This document shows positions 13,801 to 27,119 of a stretch of 64,000 bases of DNA, one piece after another. Numbering within the stretch: the stretch's first letter is position 1; every line of letters starts with the position of its first letter. The position numbers were made by a program, and so were the translations under genes. The notes under the pieces were generated by a model. It was not told the DNA's origin and did not search any database. It was given only the letters and a program-made list of their open reading frames with translations. The stretch comes from the human T2T-CHM13v2.0 reference genome, Homo sapiens: the NCBI RefSeq assembly GCF_009914755.1, contig NC_060927.1. One strand, given 5' to 3'.

Positions 13801-16800
13801 TTTTGGGGAAGCAGGCAAACTCTTTGGAATAAATGAAACATTGTATGCTAGTAAAACAGAAGGCTATTATATTTTCAAAGCAGAGTCCTTCAGTATAAAA
13901 CGAGAGAGATTATAGTTTTCACAAAAGAAGCTCCGAAAAAAAAAAAATAAATAAAAAGTGAGAACAGCATTTTAAAAAATTAAACAAACAAAAACAATCT
14001 TGTATAATGAAGCTGTTTCTGTATGCAAGTACACTCAGTCAGCATCTGTTGCCCAGAAATTTGTACAGGCAGTTTCTGCCTGTTAGGAGTTTCCTTTGCA
14101 TCATTTTGCTGACCTCCAAAAATTAGAGTTTTGTCCCAATTGAGACAAGTTTCTTTTTGCCAATTTTCCAACATAGCTCACTTTCTCTCATTAGAGAGAA
14201 TTGTGTGGATGTGTCTGACTCAACTACAGAGAAGCGCCCTCCCCATCTCTGCTCCGTGTAAATTCCGTACTGTTGGTGCCTCCCTGGAGCCTAAAAAACA
14301 TTAGCCAGTTTCCTCAGTCTCCTTCACCCCACTCCCTCGGCAGCCTGCTGCTGGTTTCTTCTCCAGAAACCACTCAGCAGCATCACTGCTTTGGTTCTCT
14401 ATCTCCTTTTACCTCATCTCCTGTTGCCTCTTGTTTTCCAACATAGGTGGTCTTAAAAACAAAGTCGATAAAGCAATTAATTACATATAAGTTTGCATAG
14501 CGCCCTTTCCCTGCCAATTGATTTATCCATACAACAGACTTTTATTAAGAGGGTACAGAAAGTGTTAAAACATGACTCCTGGCCTAGAAGAGCTCCATCT
14601 AGCAAAAAAGACTGTCCAAAATAAATTACAACACCACACAGTACACACAGCACCAGGGACTGAAGAAACACAGAGAAGGAAACAACTGACTCTACTGGGA
14701 GCTTTAGAAAAGTTTTCCAAAGGAGGTGGCTTTACAACCAGGTCCTGAAAGGTAGATAGAAGTTTATCAGTCTAAGAATTGAAGCACAGTTACATCTGAG
14801 GCAACCGCATATTTTAATTGGAATAAATGGGATGGCTATTTTTACATACATGCCAGTAAAGCTTTAGAGGTGCAAATGCAGTCAACCTCAAAATCTCTGT
14901 GAGAGAAATTTACACTTCCTGACTCAAAGAAGGACATCAGTCAGCTTTTGGCAGCCCCTCCAGCTTACCTCACTGTCCTGTCAGGAACCTCTCCACACCT
15001 TCACCAACAATGATTTAAATAGGTTATCCCTTCTTCCAAGTTTTCAGACCTACCTGTTAACATCCCTCCTTCACACCTGATAAATGAACCAGCAATTCAT
15101 TCTCATGGAAATACAGCTGTAAAGGTTCATAAATAACAAATTAAAGCTTGCAGTTGCCATCTAGGTTAAAGTAATCCTTAGACTGACTATTGGCAGAGCA
15201 CTCAGTCATAGCTTAAAATGGAACGCAGTCCCACCACATTCAGTTCTAATTTTTGCCTAAGGAGTATTTTCCAGGTAAACGTGGATAGCACAATGCCAAA
15301 AATGTCTGAATGTGATACAGACCTATTAGCTAACTATAGTTTGGGGAGATCATCCATGAACCCTGGTTTTTCTGGTTTTCCTCAAAAAAAAAAAAAAAAA
15401 GGTTAAAACATGAAAAAAACCTCTGTTTCTCTTCTTCTCTATCTCTTCTTTATTTTCCCACCAAACTTTGGGAGCAAGTGCTCTCTCCATCTCCATCGGA
15501 TTACTGCCATTCCTTTCTCCAGCTACTACCCTTGCCTCTCCCACAGTGAGGTTTCCCTTGGGCCACTCCAATTCTATTCTACTGATTCTGCGCCTTGAAG
15601 ATCTCTAATGACTCTAATCCTAAAACAAATGTTCCCATCAAAGCTTAATTTTTTATACTGCACTATGTATTGATTCTGTCCACAAGCCATCCTTCTCAAA
15701 GCTGCTTCTCTCTTGATTCTGGATGTAGTAATCTGTCAAACATATCTCAAAACTCCCACTCTGCAGCCAGGTCTATGCTAGGTACTAGGGGTAGCACCAT
15801 CCCTGCTCTCAAGGAATTTACAATCCTGTAGGAAAGTCAGAAAACAGCCCAATAGATACAAATAGGCATTATATTTTATCAGAAGATGAAGTGAGTGTGC
15901 AAGGCACAAGGCTGGGATCCTCCCACCCAGTGAACCGGCCAGAGAAAATGTCCTGGACAATATGTCGCTGAACCAGACTCAGAAGGTCTAGGTTGAGTTC
16001 ACAAGGAAAGGAGAATATCTGTGCTTCTCCAGTCCTGTTGCCCTGCCTATAGCTCCATCTACTTCTTTTCTGTTTTGATTTTGGGTATAACTGAGGTTCA
16101 GGCTTCATTTCTCAGTACTTTCTTCACCAACTTCCACTCATTATCAGAGCCTACCTCATAGTTTAACTACCCGCAATAAAGAAGGTTGTCAAATCAGAGC
16201 TTCCTGCCCCAAATCCCCAACTTTCTGCCATACAGCCCCGCATGAAGATCTCCTGACTGTTGATGTTCTCAGAATCTGGCTCACTCTCTACCCCCGAAAA
16301 ATGGCCCCTTCACAGCTTCAGGATTTCCAGCAGTAAGTAGCACTACCCTTCTTCCAGGCACTGGAGTTCAAAACCTTAAGAGTAATCTTTTCCTTTTGTC
16401 TTTATTCCATACTTGGTTTTTCATGCATTTATGAATGAATGAATGAAACTACTACTCATCATGGCTTTCCCCTCTTCTAAAACATTTAACAAACTCTCCT
16501 TTACCCTCAAAGTAAGGCAAAATTTTAACCTAGACTTAAGATTCTCCAAAATCTCTCCCCTTATTCAATCCCAGCTACCTATACTATCCACTCTCACCAC
16601 ATGTATATAGCATGCGATGGTTTTCAAAGTGTCTACCCAAAGAATTTTTGTGAACATTATCTCTTTTTATCTACCACAAGACTGATAAGATAGTCAGGGA
16701 AGACATTATTATTCTTCTTTTTTGGAAGATAAAACCAAGACTCTGAGAAGCAGATTCTATCAGGTCTTCTGATTCTTAAGCCACGGTTCCTTCCCACGAT

Positions 16801-17029
16801 GCCACATCATGTGTTATGTTTTGATTTGTTATATAAGTGCAAAATCAATTGTTTTACTTTGGGAGTCTCATATTCTTGCCAAAGTGTGAGCTTCTAAAAA
16901 ACAAGAAGAGTCCAGGATTTTTTTCTGTAACTCATCAGAACATAGCACTTAGTACTATACCATCTATATAAAAGATGGTGAATAAATGTTTCTTGAAAGA
17001 AATGTTCTAAAACATGTGGTTCTGCATAG

Positions 17030-17620
17030 GCAAGTCACAATCCTACTTCCTTGCTTAGAACTCATCACACTCACCTCATCTGATTAGATTATCTTAATCT
17101 ATACTTGTGACCATGGCTGACAAGGCCTTTGTGATTGTGCCCTTGCCGACCCCTCTGATTTCATCCTCTTCTTCTCCCTTCTATCCTCAAAATTCCAGCC
17201 ATCCTGGCCTTCTTTCTGTTCCTCAAGTTTGCCGAGCTCATTCCTATGTTGGAGCTTTGTGTCTGTTGCTTCCTCAGTTGGAACACTCTGCCCTGGGCCT
17301 TCACATGACTCATTCTCACCATTCAGGTTTCAGCACAAAAGCCACCACCTCAGAGAAGCCTTCCCTGGCCACCCCACCTAGAGTTATCCCCTGGTTTTTC
17401 TCTCTTTTGTCATTCTGATGTGTTTTCTTCCCAGAATGTATTATAATCTGAACTGAGTTGTTAGTTATTTATGTGTTTATTGCCTATCTCCCCCACCAGA
17501 ATGTAAACTCTGTGGATCAGAGACATTATCTCTCTCATTTCCCAGTACCCAGATTAGGACGATATCTATTTGTCAAATGAATAAATAGTTGAATGAGTGA
17601 ATGAATGAATGAATGAATGA
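17030..17620 (+). mobile_element. L2 (L2a-like) 3' end
   Basis: L2 3' motifs (ggccttctttctgttcctc, cacctcagagaagccttccctg, agaatgtaaactc), ending in (TGAA)n. Confidence 0.8.
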
Positions 17621-18264
17621 AAGAATATCAGTTTCCTCTATAAAATCGAGGGGTTGGAGTAGATAACCGCTAAGGTCTTTCCCAGCCTAATGTTCTTCAA
17701 TCAAAACTCTTGTATTTCATGAAGTCAGCTGAGGTCCCTTTTTGGGTTTACATCAGGTCATATTTTCTTTTTTTCTTGGCTTTGGTTCCCTCACCAAAGA
17801 TTCCCATGAGTAGAGAAACAATACTGAGAAGAGAAGAGAACAAGGTCAAATAATATAGTTTAGGTAAAGAACACCTTGCTTCATATTGTGATGCAGCGTC
17901 CTCTCCTGTCAGAGCTTTGTAACAGACTGCAGTTTACACAATCACATTTGCTATCTGCTTTTTGTTTTTTTAATATGTTTGCATTATTCTCCCAATGTAC
18001 TCCTTTGTTTTCTTTTACCTTGATAAAAATATTCCTAAGGCAGTTATTATTTCTGAGTTTTTTCCAAGGTACAAAGTATATTGACTAAGAAATTGGTGCT
18101 TTTCAAATGGGCAGTGTTGACACACATGTGACGGGACAAATCAGTACTTCAACTGCTAGTGACAAGTAAAATGTTAATTGTATATGTTTAATAACAATTA
18201 AATAATCGTTAATAACATTAGAAGTTTTATGTGTTTGTGTCTCATTCTTGTATATTAGGTATCC

Positions 18265-19020
18265 AATTACTGCTTATTTACAATTTTTATTGGAAAATAT
18301 TATTTTTTAGCTACTTTGAAGACAGCAGACACATAAGACACTGTGATAAAGACTGAAAACAGTAATTGGAATGTTCTCCAATCATCATGAAGAATTGCCC
18401 ACTACCAATGGTGGCTCCAAATCACTGATGATTGCTGACCTTTACCTGTGATTGTCTTGGAAACATGAAACCTACCACTAGATATTTTCTTTGTCAAGAC
18501 TGTCCAGCAAATGCATTTTCCAATTTATCCAGAACATTGTCAAACTGAATGTTTACCCGTCATTTTAGTAACATTAGACTTTCGGTGTTTTCTGACTCCA
18601 ATTGCATTATACATGCACGAAGAGAAGTTGAACAGCCCTTTCTAAAATTTGACAAGTTCAGATGTCCTTATTTTTCACAATATAAAAAGGCCAGAGAAAA
18701 GAATAAAGCCTCCTTAGAGGTTTCCTGTCTTTCAATTCAAATTGTACTTTCAGTAGACGGTGGGTATTGCATTCTTTACTTAGGTTTAGTTGTGTTATCA
18801 ACTTCTGGTTTGTGTTTTTGGCTATGAAGATGCCAACTGAATCAGAATATAAATAATTTTCTGTCTTTGCCCATACATGGCTACGCTGACATCTTAGATG
18901 TTATTGTTAATGAGCACTTCGAAGGACAAAGAAAAAATTGAAACTAAGCTTAGATCAAAATCTAAGAGTTTTGGTGGCCACTTCTGGCGTGGGGTGCTAG
19001 CACAACTTGCATCAGAGCAA
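18265..19020 (-). ncRNA. Candidate 3' (terminal or long internal) exon of a minus-strand non-coding transcript
   Basis: Very strong acceptor tttttatgtttcttcctttcctccctag| (AG at 19022-19021). AATAAA on the minus strand at 18291-18286. Alternative donor CAG|GTAAAG after 18446. Splice-signal inference only. Confidence 0.3.
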
Positions 19021-19804
19021 CTAGGGAGGAAAGGAAGAAACATAAAAACAATGACGAAGAACAAGGGGTTCTCTTCCTGGGCTAAACCTCCTCTCCTGGA
19101 TACTCTGCTTAGCATCTGCTTAAACTCCAGTTATTTAATTAGAGATAAGATAAACGGATCCCCAAGGCCTACATCAATTAAATTAAAACCTAGAATTTCA
19201 AGGACAAAAATCCCCAAGTCAAAAGATTCAGAATACGGAATATTTACAGAAAAACTAGAAAATCTGTCTTCCAAAGATGAATTTCATAAAATAAAGCCAC
19301 CTCACATGTGCCAGATTTAATTGATGATCATAAATAAAGCTATAAAGTATGTTATTATTAAATCTCTTCTCCCTTTAAAGAGGCTGGACAGAAACAATAA
19401 AAAAATAATAACTAACAAGTCATTTTCAAAGCTAAGATGTAAATATCATAATTAGTTTTGCTCTGGGCCATTTTATTTTCCATGAAATCTTTTCTAGTGA
19501 TAGAGAAATAATTTATGAAAACAAAAGGAATATTTATTGCACTCTGCCTCATGATCATTATTGATCATTTAATTTATAGCCTGAATACTTTATTTCCACC
19601 TTTAAGGGCATTTTAAGATCTGTTTTTAAATCTCATTACTACATCTTAGTTCATATTATCTAAATATATAATCCAAAAAAAGGCTTAACTTATTCTCATC
19701 ACTTTAGGGGGAAAAAGTAATATGTTTCTTGATCAGACCTTAATGCTAGAGATTAACATATTTTTCCTCCAATTATTGTTTCACTGATTTAAAAATAAAT
19801 GTGT

Positions 19805-20097
19805 GGCCAGGTGCCATGGCTAGCACCTGTAATCCCAGCACTTTAGGACGCTGAGACAGGTGGATCACTTGAGGTCAGCCTGGCCAACGTAGTGAAGCCC
19901 CATCTCTAATAAAAATACAAAAATTAGCCGGGATGGTGGCACGTGCCTGTAGTCCCAGCTACTCAGGAGGCTGAGGCAGGAGAATCACTTGAACCCAGGA
20001 GACAGAGGTTATAGTGAGTCGAGATCATGCCACTGCACTCCAGCCTGGGCAACAGAGCAAGACTTTGTCTTAAAATAGATAAATAAATATAAATGAA

Positions 20098-20128
<31 letters not shown>

Positions 20129-20130
20129 AA
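19805..20130 (+). mobile_element. AluS with a small internal deletion and (TAAA)n tail
   Basis: Dimeric Alu lacking the gagttcgagacc segment. Flanked by aaaataaatgtgt / aaaatatgtgt. Confidence 0.9.
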
Positions 20131-20638
20131 TATGTGTTTCCAAGTACTGCAACAAAGAATAAGGTATGTATCTCCTCCTTTCCCATTACTGCTATCTCAA
20201 CTCAAGAAAACCTCTGTTTACACAATATAGGAAATTATTTCAGCTCTTTTAATTATTAAAAATAACAATCAAATAATAAAAACTAAACATGCAAAATGTG
20301 CTATTTTGTAATTATAGATAGTTAATGCTTAAAAATATGTAACAGAACATAAAACCAAATTTACATTTATAAAGAAAAAATTCTTTTAAAGTTTCAAAAA
20401 CAGTATTTCTGTCTTTTATTTGTATGCTATAAACCCACAAAAGACAATAGCTAACCATGTCTTTTACCCCATTTTCCCTCCCAACACTGTTGTCTAGTAC
20501 AATTTTTAGAAGATAAAATTTTCAAAGCCAATATTCACTGTTATTTTATAATGAAAAACTGCAAACTGGAAGGGAAATGAATTGCCCGGGTTAATTCTGT
20601 TGTAGTGGTCAATCCTCAGCTAGAGTTCAAGACTCTAC

Positions 20639-20765
20639 CAGGACTGCTATACAGGTTGCGGATGGTACAACTCCAGGGTATACCATTTGTGTGGAATACA
20701 ATGCTAAATGGCAGTCCTTGGCATTGGGCAGTGCACCACATAACCAACTGTATGTGGTGGCCCTG
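20639..20765. mobile_element. MER91A-like hAT-Tip100 palindromic MITE
   Basis: caggactgc...acaactccaggg...ccattt...aatggc...ggtggccctg, with an internal dyad as in MER91A. Confidence 0.7.
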
Positions 20766-22081
20766 TTTTAGTGCTGTATTTTAAATCTTTTCAAGTCTAT
20801 TCTGCCCAAGGGGTTCACAGTTAGCAAATAAATGGCCTCAGTGTTTGCTTTTCCCTTATGCTACATAAATAAGCTCTTTTTCTGGATGAGCAGTAATTTC
20901 CCTGGGTGGAATAACATATTCAACCTTACTTCTGAGGCATGCAAAATCTCTGCCTCACCTACAGGAAGAGAGTTGTGAATGATGAAGAAGGTGAGGGATC
21001 AGGCAGTTTCATACACATGTGTTTTTCCTATAAAGCAGCATATGTTTTTCAGATTGATGTTGGCCAGATTAAATTGATCAGGTCTTTGCTGACTTGGAGT
21101 AAAAGAAATTTCTGGACTATCTCAAGTGGAGTGGCAATCAGACAGGCAATAGCCCTGCACTGGAAGAATACCAACCGTGTTGATATTTCTAGATGGATGA
21201 GGGGGTGTGGGTTATTTTTTCTCCTAGGAATATGACAAAGAAGATTGCTGGATATGCATGATCATTTTGTATCCAGAAATGAGATACTAGCACTATTCAA
21301 ATAGGGATGGGAAATCTATCACCTCTGAGACAACCCCTTGAATGATTGCAGCCCTTTATTCTGAAATGAAGTATCAGGTACAATCATCCAGGCCTCCTCT
21401 CTCTGATTCCTGATGATCAGAAAGAAAGTTAACTCTGGAGCTAAAGGCCATGCAGGTGAGGTCAAATTTGGTGCTTCAATGCAGTTGCCTCAACTAAACA
21501 TTGTGCGCTTTTCCTATGGGAGGCCTCACCTCAAACAAACTGAGCCACTCCCCTCAAACACTGATTACATTTCCTCACCTGCTTACCATCTCCCCATCTC
21601 TGCCTCAGTACCCTGGTAAAACCCTACCACCTCTCAAGGCTCAGCTTAAATGCTACTGTCTCCATGAAATCTCCATGCCTCCCTTGCCAAAAGCAGTGTT
21701 TTCTTACCCTGAACTTCCAGAGTACATTGTTTCTCAATACTACACTAGGCAGAATATGCTTCCACTCATTCTGGTTTCTAGATATATTTTATCCCTTCCC
21801 TAACCTGAAAGGACTTGAGGTTAGGCACTGTCTTACTTATCCCTTGTCTTTACTTATCCCATGTAAGAGTGAATGAAATGTTTTCTCTTAATTTTCTCTC
21901 TCAAATGATCAAAACTACGATCAATTCAAACCATATAGGATTTGGGGATGGCTACATTGTGCAACCCCAGGGGACCTCATTCTCATTGCTAACTGTGAAT
22001 GGTGCCCTGAAGTCATGTAATGCAGTTGCCTCAGAGCATTAGTCCTTCCACATGCACAATGCTTCAAAAATTTAGAATTCA

Positions 22082-22207
22082 GGTTGGGCACAATGGCTCA
22101 ATCCTGCAATCCCAGAACTTTAGGAAGCTAAGACTGAGAATCTCTTGAGCCCAGGAGTTTGAGACCAGCCTGGGCAACATAAAGAGACCTTGTCTCTAAA
22201 AAATAAA
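22082..22207 (+). mobile_element. FLAM_C / Alu left monomer
   Basis: ggttgggcacaatggctc...ttgagcccaggagtttgagaccagcctgggcaacata. Confidence 0.85.
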
Positions 22208-22547
22208 CGGTTGCTAGGCACTTTCTGACTCTTCATTTGCAAGTAGAAGCATTGATATTGCTTTATATTTTTTCATGTTGCTATTAAATGTGCTAGTATT
22301 AAGGTTGTTTTGGGGGAGTGATACTTAGGAGCTAACAGATGATAGAACAAAACAAGGCAAGAACCAAACAAAAAGGGCACATTTTTGGCAGGCCCATCAG
22401 AGAGTTGTACCAGAAGGTGTCAACCTCCTTTTCTGTGGAGCGCAGGCCTTTAGGCTACACTGAGGGGAGCGGCTTTCACTCTGAAAAAGAATCTTTATTG
22501 GCCGTAGTTGTACCTCATCCATAATATATGAGCCTGAAGAGGAAGCA

Positions 22548-24588
22548 ATCACCTCCCAGCTCCAACACTTGGGGATTACAATTCGAAATGAGATTTGGGT
22601 GAGGACACAGATCCAAACCATATCATTCTGTCCATGGACCCTCCAAAATTTCATGTCCTTCTCACATTGCAAAATATAATTATGCCTTCTCAACAGTTCC
22701 CCAAAGTTTTAACTCATTCCAGCATTAACTCAAAAGTCCAGAGTCTCATCTGAGACAAGCCTAGTCTCTTGCATCTATGAGCCTGTAAAATCAAAAACAA
22801 GCTAGTTATTTCCAAGATACAATGAAGGTACAAGCATTGGGTAAATATATCCATTCCAAAATGGAGAAATTAGCCAAAAGAAAGGGGCTACAGGCCCCAT
22901 GAAATTCTGAAACCCAGCAGGGCAGTCATTATATCTTGAAGCTCCAAAATAATATATTTTGATCCCATGTCTCGCATTCAGGGCACATTTTTGCAAGAGT
23001 TGGTCTCCCAAGGCCTTGGGGACCTCTACCCTTGAGGCTTTGCAGGGTACAGCCCTCACAGCTGCTTTTATAGGCTGGCATTTAGTGCCTGTGGCTTTTC
23101 CAAGTGCATGGTGCAAGCTGTCAGTGAATCTACCATTCTGGGGTCTGGAGCATGGTGCCCCTCTTCTCACAGCTCCACTGGGCAGTGCCCCAGTGGGGAC
23201 TCTGTATGGGGGCTCTAACCCCACATTTCCCCTCTGAACTGCCCTAGTAGAGGTTCCAGATAAGGGCTCTGCCACTATAGCAGGCTTCTGCCTGGACATC
23301 TAGGTGTTTCCATACTTCCTCTGAATTCTAGGTAGAGGCTTCTAAGCCTCAACCCTTGCACTCTGTGCACCTGCAGGCTTAACACCACATGGAAGCCACC
23401 AAGGGTTACAGTTTGCATCTTCTAAAGCAGCCACCTGAGCTGTACTTTGGCCCATTTTAGCCCCAGCTGGAGCTGGAGTGGCCAGGATTCAGGGAACAGT
23501 GTCTTGGAGTTGTGAAGGACAGTGGATCCCTGGGCTTGGCCCACAAAACCATTCAGTCCTCCTAGAACTTCAGGCCTGTGACAGGATCTTTGAGATCTTT
23601 TCCCCCATTGTCTTGATTATCAGCATTTGGCTCCTCTTTACTTATGCCAATTTCTGTAGTCAGCTTGAATTCCTCCCCTGAAAACGGCCTTTTCTTTTCT
23701 ACCACATGGCCAGGCAAATTTTCTAAACTTTTACATTCTGCTTCCTTTTTAAATATAAGTTCCACTTTTAGGTCATTTCTTTGCTCACACATATGAGCAT
23801 ATGCTGTTAGAAGCAGCCAGGCCAAATTCTTGAATGCTTTGCTGCTAAGAAATTTCTCCCACCAGATAACCTGAATCATCACTCTCAAGCTCAAAGTTCC
23901 ACAAACCCCTAGAGCAGGGGCACAATGCCACCAGTCTCTTTGCTAAAGTATAGCAAAAGTGACCTTTATTCCAGTTCCCAATAAGTTCCTCATTTCCATC
24001 TGAGACCTCTTCAGCCTGGACTTCACTGTTTATATCACTATCAACATTTTGGTCACAACTATTTAACAAGTATCTAGGAAGTTCCAAACTTTCCCTCATC
24101 TTCCTGTCTTCTTCTGGGCCCCCCAAAACTATTCCAACCTCTTCTCATTACCCATTTCCAAAGTCACTTCCACATTTTCAGGTAACTTTATAGCAGTACC
24201 ACATTTTTGGTGCCAATTTTCTGTATTAGTCCATTCTCACACTGCTATAAAGAAATACCTGAGACTAGGTAATTTATAAAGAAAAGAGGTTTAATTGGCA
24301 TGCAGGTCTACAGGCTTTACAAGAAGCATGGCTGAGGAGGCCTCAAAAAATCTACAATCATGGCAGAAGTTTAAGGGAAAGCAGGCATATCTTACATGGC
24401 CAGAGGAGAAGAAAGACAGCAGGGAAGGTGCTACACACTTTTAAACAACCAGATCTCATGAGAACTCTATCACAAGAACAGCACCAAAGCAGGAAATCTG
24501 CCCCCATGGTCCAATCACCTTTGAATTATAATTGGAGATTATAATTCAACATGAGATTTGGGTGGAGACACAGATTCGAACCATATCA
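22548..24588 (-). mobile_element. MST (ERVL-MaLR) provirus: 5' LTR 24588-24222, ~1.6-kb internal region, 3' LTR truncated at ~22548
   Basis: LTR termini tgtattagtcc...ccatatca with MST-int sequence between them. The ORFs at 22802-24126 are decayed MaLR internal sequence. Confidence 0.9.
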
Positions 24589-25432
24589 ACCACTTTGTTA
24601 ATCACTGTCCCTTCACCCTGAGGGCCCAGCACAGTAACTGACACTGCTTAGTCACTGTCTGTTGAATAAATGAATTAATATAAAAGACTCCATAGAGGAG
24701 GTAGCATTTGAACTAAGACCCTGAAGGATGGGTTTGAACTTGTCAAGAAAAGAAGAGTGTGGGAGTGAGAAACAGGACCTATGTCCAAGGAATGCAAAGC
24801 TCTTGCATGCTACTAACAGCATAAGAAGTTTGTGTACATATACACCCAGGATGGGCTAAGGAAAGGTGAAAGGCGATCACACAGAGATGTAGGTTGGAAT
24901 AAGCATGTAAAAAAATCTTGCATGCCAGAACTTTACCCTAGAGGCAACAGAGAATCACTGATTTCTGTAAATAAGACATAACAAAGTTAGCCGGTTTCAT
25001 TTTTTTCCAAATGGTAACCAACAGCAGGGTGGAAAGTGAATTGAAGGCTTCCTGGGCCTGGGCCAAGCACTCCCAAGGCCTTCTCCCCCGGCCTTCTCCC
25101 CCTGCTTTAAATCCAACCCTTTCTCTCTCTTTAATGCCCCTCAGGGACCATCTTACATTTTCTGGCAAATTTGCTATTATTTTAGTTACTATGAAATGAG
25201 TTTTCATGTCATGATCTCCCTCTGACATCTGAGGGTGTATTACTCTGCCTCCTATATTCTTTCTATCTCCCATAATGAATATTCTAAGCAAGGAATGTGA
25301 CTTGGGCACAGCCTCTTGGTTGGCAGGGGTTTTATCATCCTTCACACAGCAAGACCTTGTGAAGATGCCGTCATATCAATTAGCACAGCAGAATCGAGGC
25401 AGGCACGTTTCTACTGGCATGAGCACAACTAC

Positions 25433-25753
25433 CTGGACAAACACCAACACTCCATGCACACCACAATGCCAGGCCTGCGCATTTCCCACAGAACTGCAGA
25501 CAGCCCCTTCCACAGAAGTCATTCCAGCTCCAACAGTATCTCCATGGGTGAGCTGGTCTCCTGCCATCCTTCAGGGCTCCTCAGTGTTTGGGAGGTCGTT
25601 GTTATTGGGGCCCCTGCTCCAGCATATTTGGTATAAACAGCCAATCCGTTTACATCGACACCTTCTTCAAATCCTTCCTGCAAGGAGCCTGCAGCCTCTG
25701 CCTGCTGTTCTGTTTGAATGCATGCTTTGGAGAAGAATAGTGACAACATCCCC
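25433..25753 (-). ncRNA. Candidate internal exon (321 nt) in apparently unique, GC-richer sequence
   Basis: Acceptor ctctctttctggtttctctttcag| (AG at 25755-25754). Possible donor CAG|GTAGTT after 25433. Carries a 77-codon open frame ending in TGA at 25521-25519. Confidence 0.35.
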
Positions 25754-26791
25754 CTGAAAGAGAAACCAGAAAGAGAGTCCAGAACAGCAAGCAAAAAGAG
25801 AAAGGTGAGCTGGCCAAGATTTTAAAGGAGTCGCAGCTCTGAGAATAACTCTATAGGCTTCAAGATAAAAACCATTTTTGTCTAATAAAGGGATTATTAT
25901 GTAGTATTTATGTGTGGATTTATGGTTAAAAGGCAGGAAACCTCCTTTCACTCAGTAGGAACTAAAAATACAGTCGTCTTTGCAAACAAACAGGAGCAAC
26001 GCTGATTCTAAAGAAGTCAGAGTGGAATTCAGGGCTCTGCATCCAAATATAAGCCCTCAGCCGTGGAGTTGGCACTGTGCAACCCAGATCCTGGACCCCA
26101 GCACAAACCCCCACCGTTCCTCTGCTCCTTTCCAGCCCACCTTCCTCTTGTCCTGAATGCTGCCCTTAACCTCCTTGAGCTTTACCTGCTTTTACACTTG
26201 GCAAATGCCCTCTGTGCCCCAGGCATCCCACCTGTCCTCTCATTTTTTAAAAAATTGTCTTTCTCCTTTTTGCTTTGTTGAGAAAACTCTTAGCCTTAGT
26301 ACCTCAAAAATAAGAGAACAGGAGTCCAGAAATAATTTACAGGCCACTGGAACTAAAAGGATTTTGTGGCAGCCTTAATCCAAATCAAACCAGTGGCAGG
26401 CAACGTAAATATCTTTTCAGTTCTTTACAAATAAAAAAATCAGCAACACTTCACATACTCACAGGGTACACAATAAAGAGAACTCATTTTTTTCTACAGC
26501 TTTATTTGGCTTTTTTTGTACTAATGAAAATCAGACATTGGAAGTAATGCTGCTTTATGTTTATAATAAAACCTCATTAACTCAGATGCAACTAATTTAT
26601 AACTTGTGATAATTTTACCACGACAGGGCTGAATTTGCCTATGTGCAATATATGATTTTTACTAAGCAAATTAATAGTCTAAATCAAATTTTAAAAAGAT
26701 TATTTAACTTATCCAAACAAAGTACCTTTTAGGACATTATTAGTAGGTATTTGCATGCAGAAAAAATAAAATTAAGACTCATTTCTGGCTA

Positions 26792-27119
26792 CAGCTCCAC
26801 AGTCCCTTTCCTAAAACCCTTGAATACAAATGGGTTTTAGAATTCAGAATTTTTCAAGGTTTAGGAAGTTAATAAATTTCACATATGCATTATATTATAT
26901 TGTGAGTTGTGTCTGAGGCAGTACCCAGCATTCACACTGTGCGAATATTTACACTAAATGAGATAAAAGCTATACATAGTCTTATATCACTTTAGGTCAG
27001 ATTGTTCTATTAAATAAGTTTAGGTAGGGTCATGTTTTGCCAACAAGTAAATCATGGAAATAACTTCTACTTTCCAGAGCTCTGGGGTGTCAGATGTGGA
27101 TATGGGTTGAGGACCTGTG
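26792..27119. mobile_element. TcMar-Tigger-type non-autonomous element (MamRep434/Tigger16-like)
   Basis: Degenerate TIRs cagctccacagtccctt ... tgggttgaggacctg next to TA/TG. Internal gttttagaattcagaatttttc. Confidence 0.55.

Noticed and set aside
18898-19320. 140-aa Lys-rich plus-strand ORF
   Set aside because: Its composition reflects A-rich sequence, partly the antisense of a pyrimidine tract. I recognise no homology.
22802-24126. Longest ORFs of the track (165, 110 and 93 aa)
   Set aside because: They lie in the MST internal region and are frameshifted MaLR remnants, not a host gene.
25275-25757. 160-aa plus-strand ORF
   Set aside because: No recognisable domain and no supporting plus-strand promoter or splice context. 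The locally higher GC opens several frames at once.
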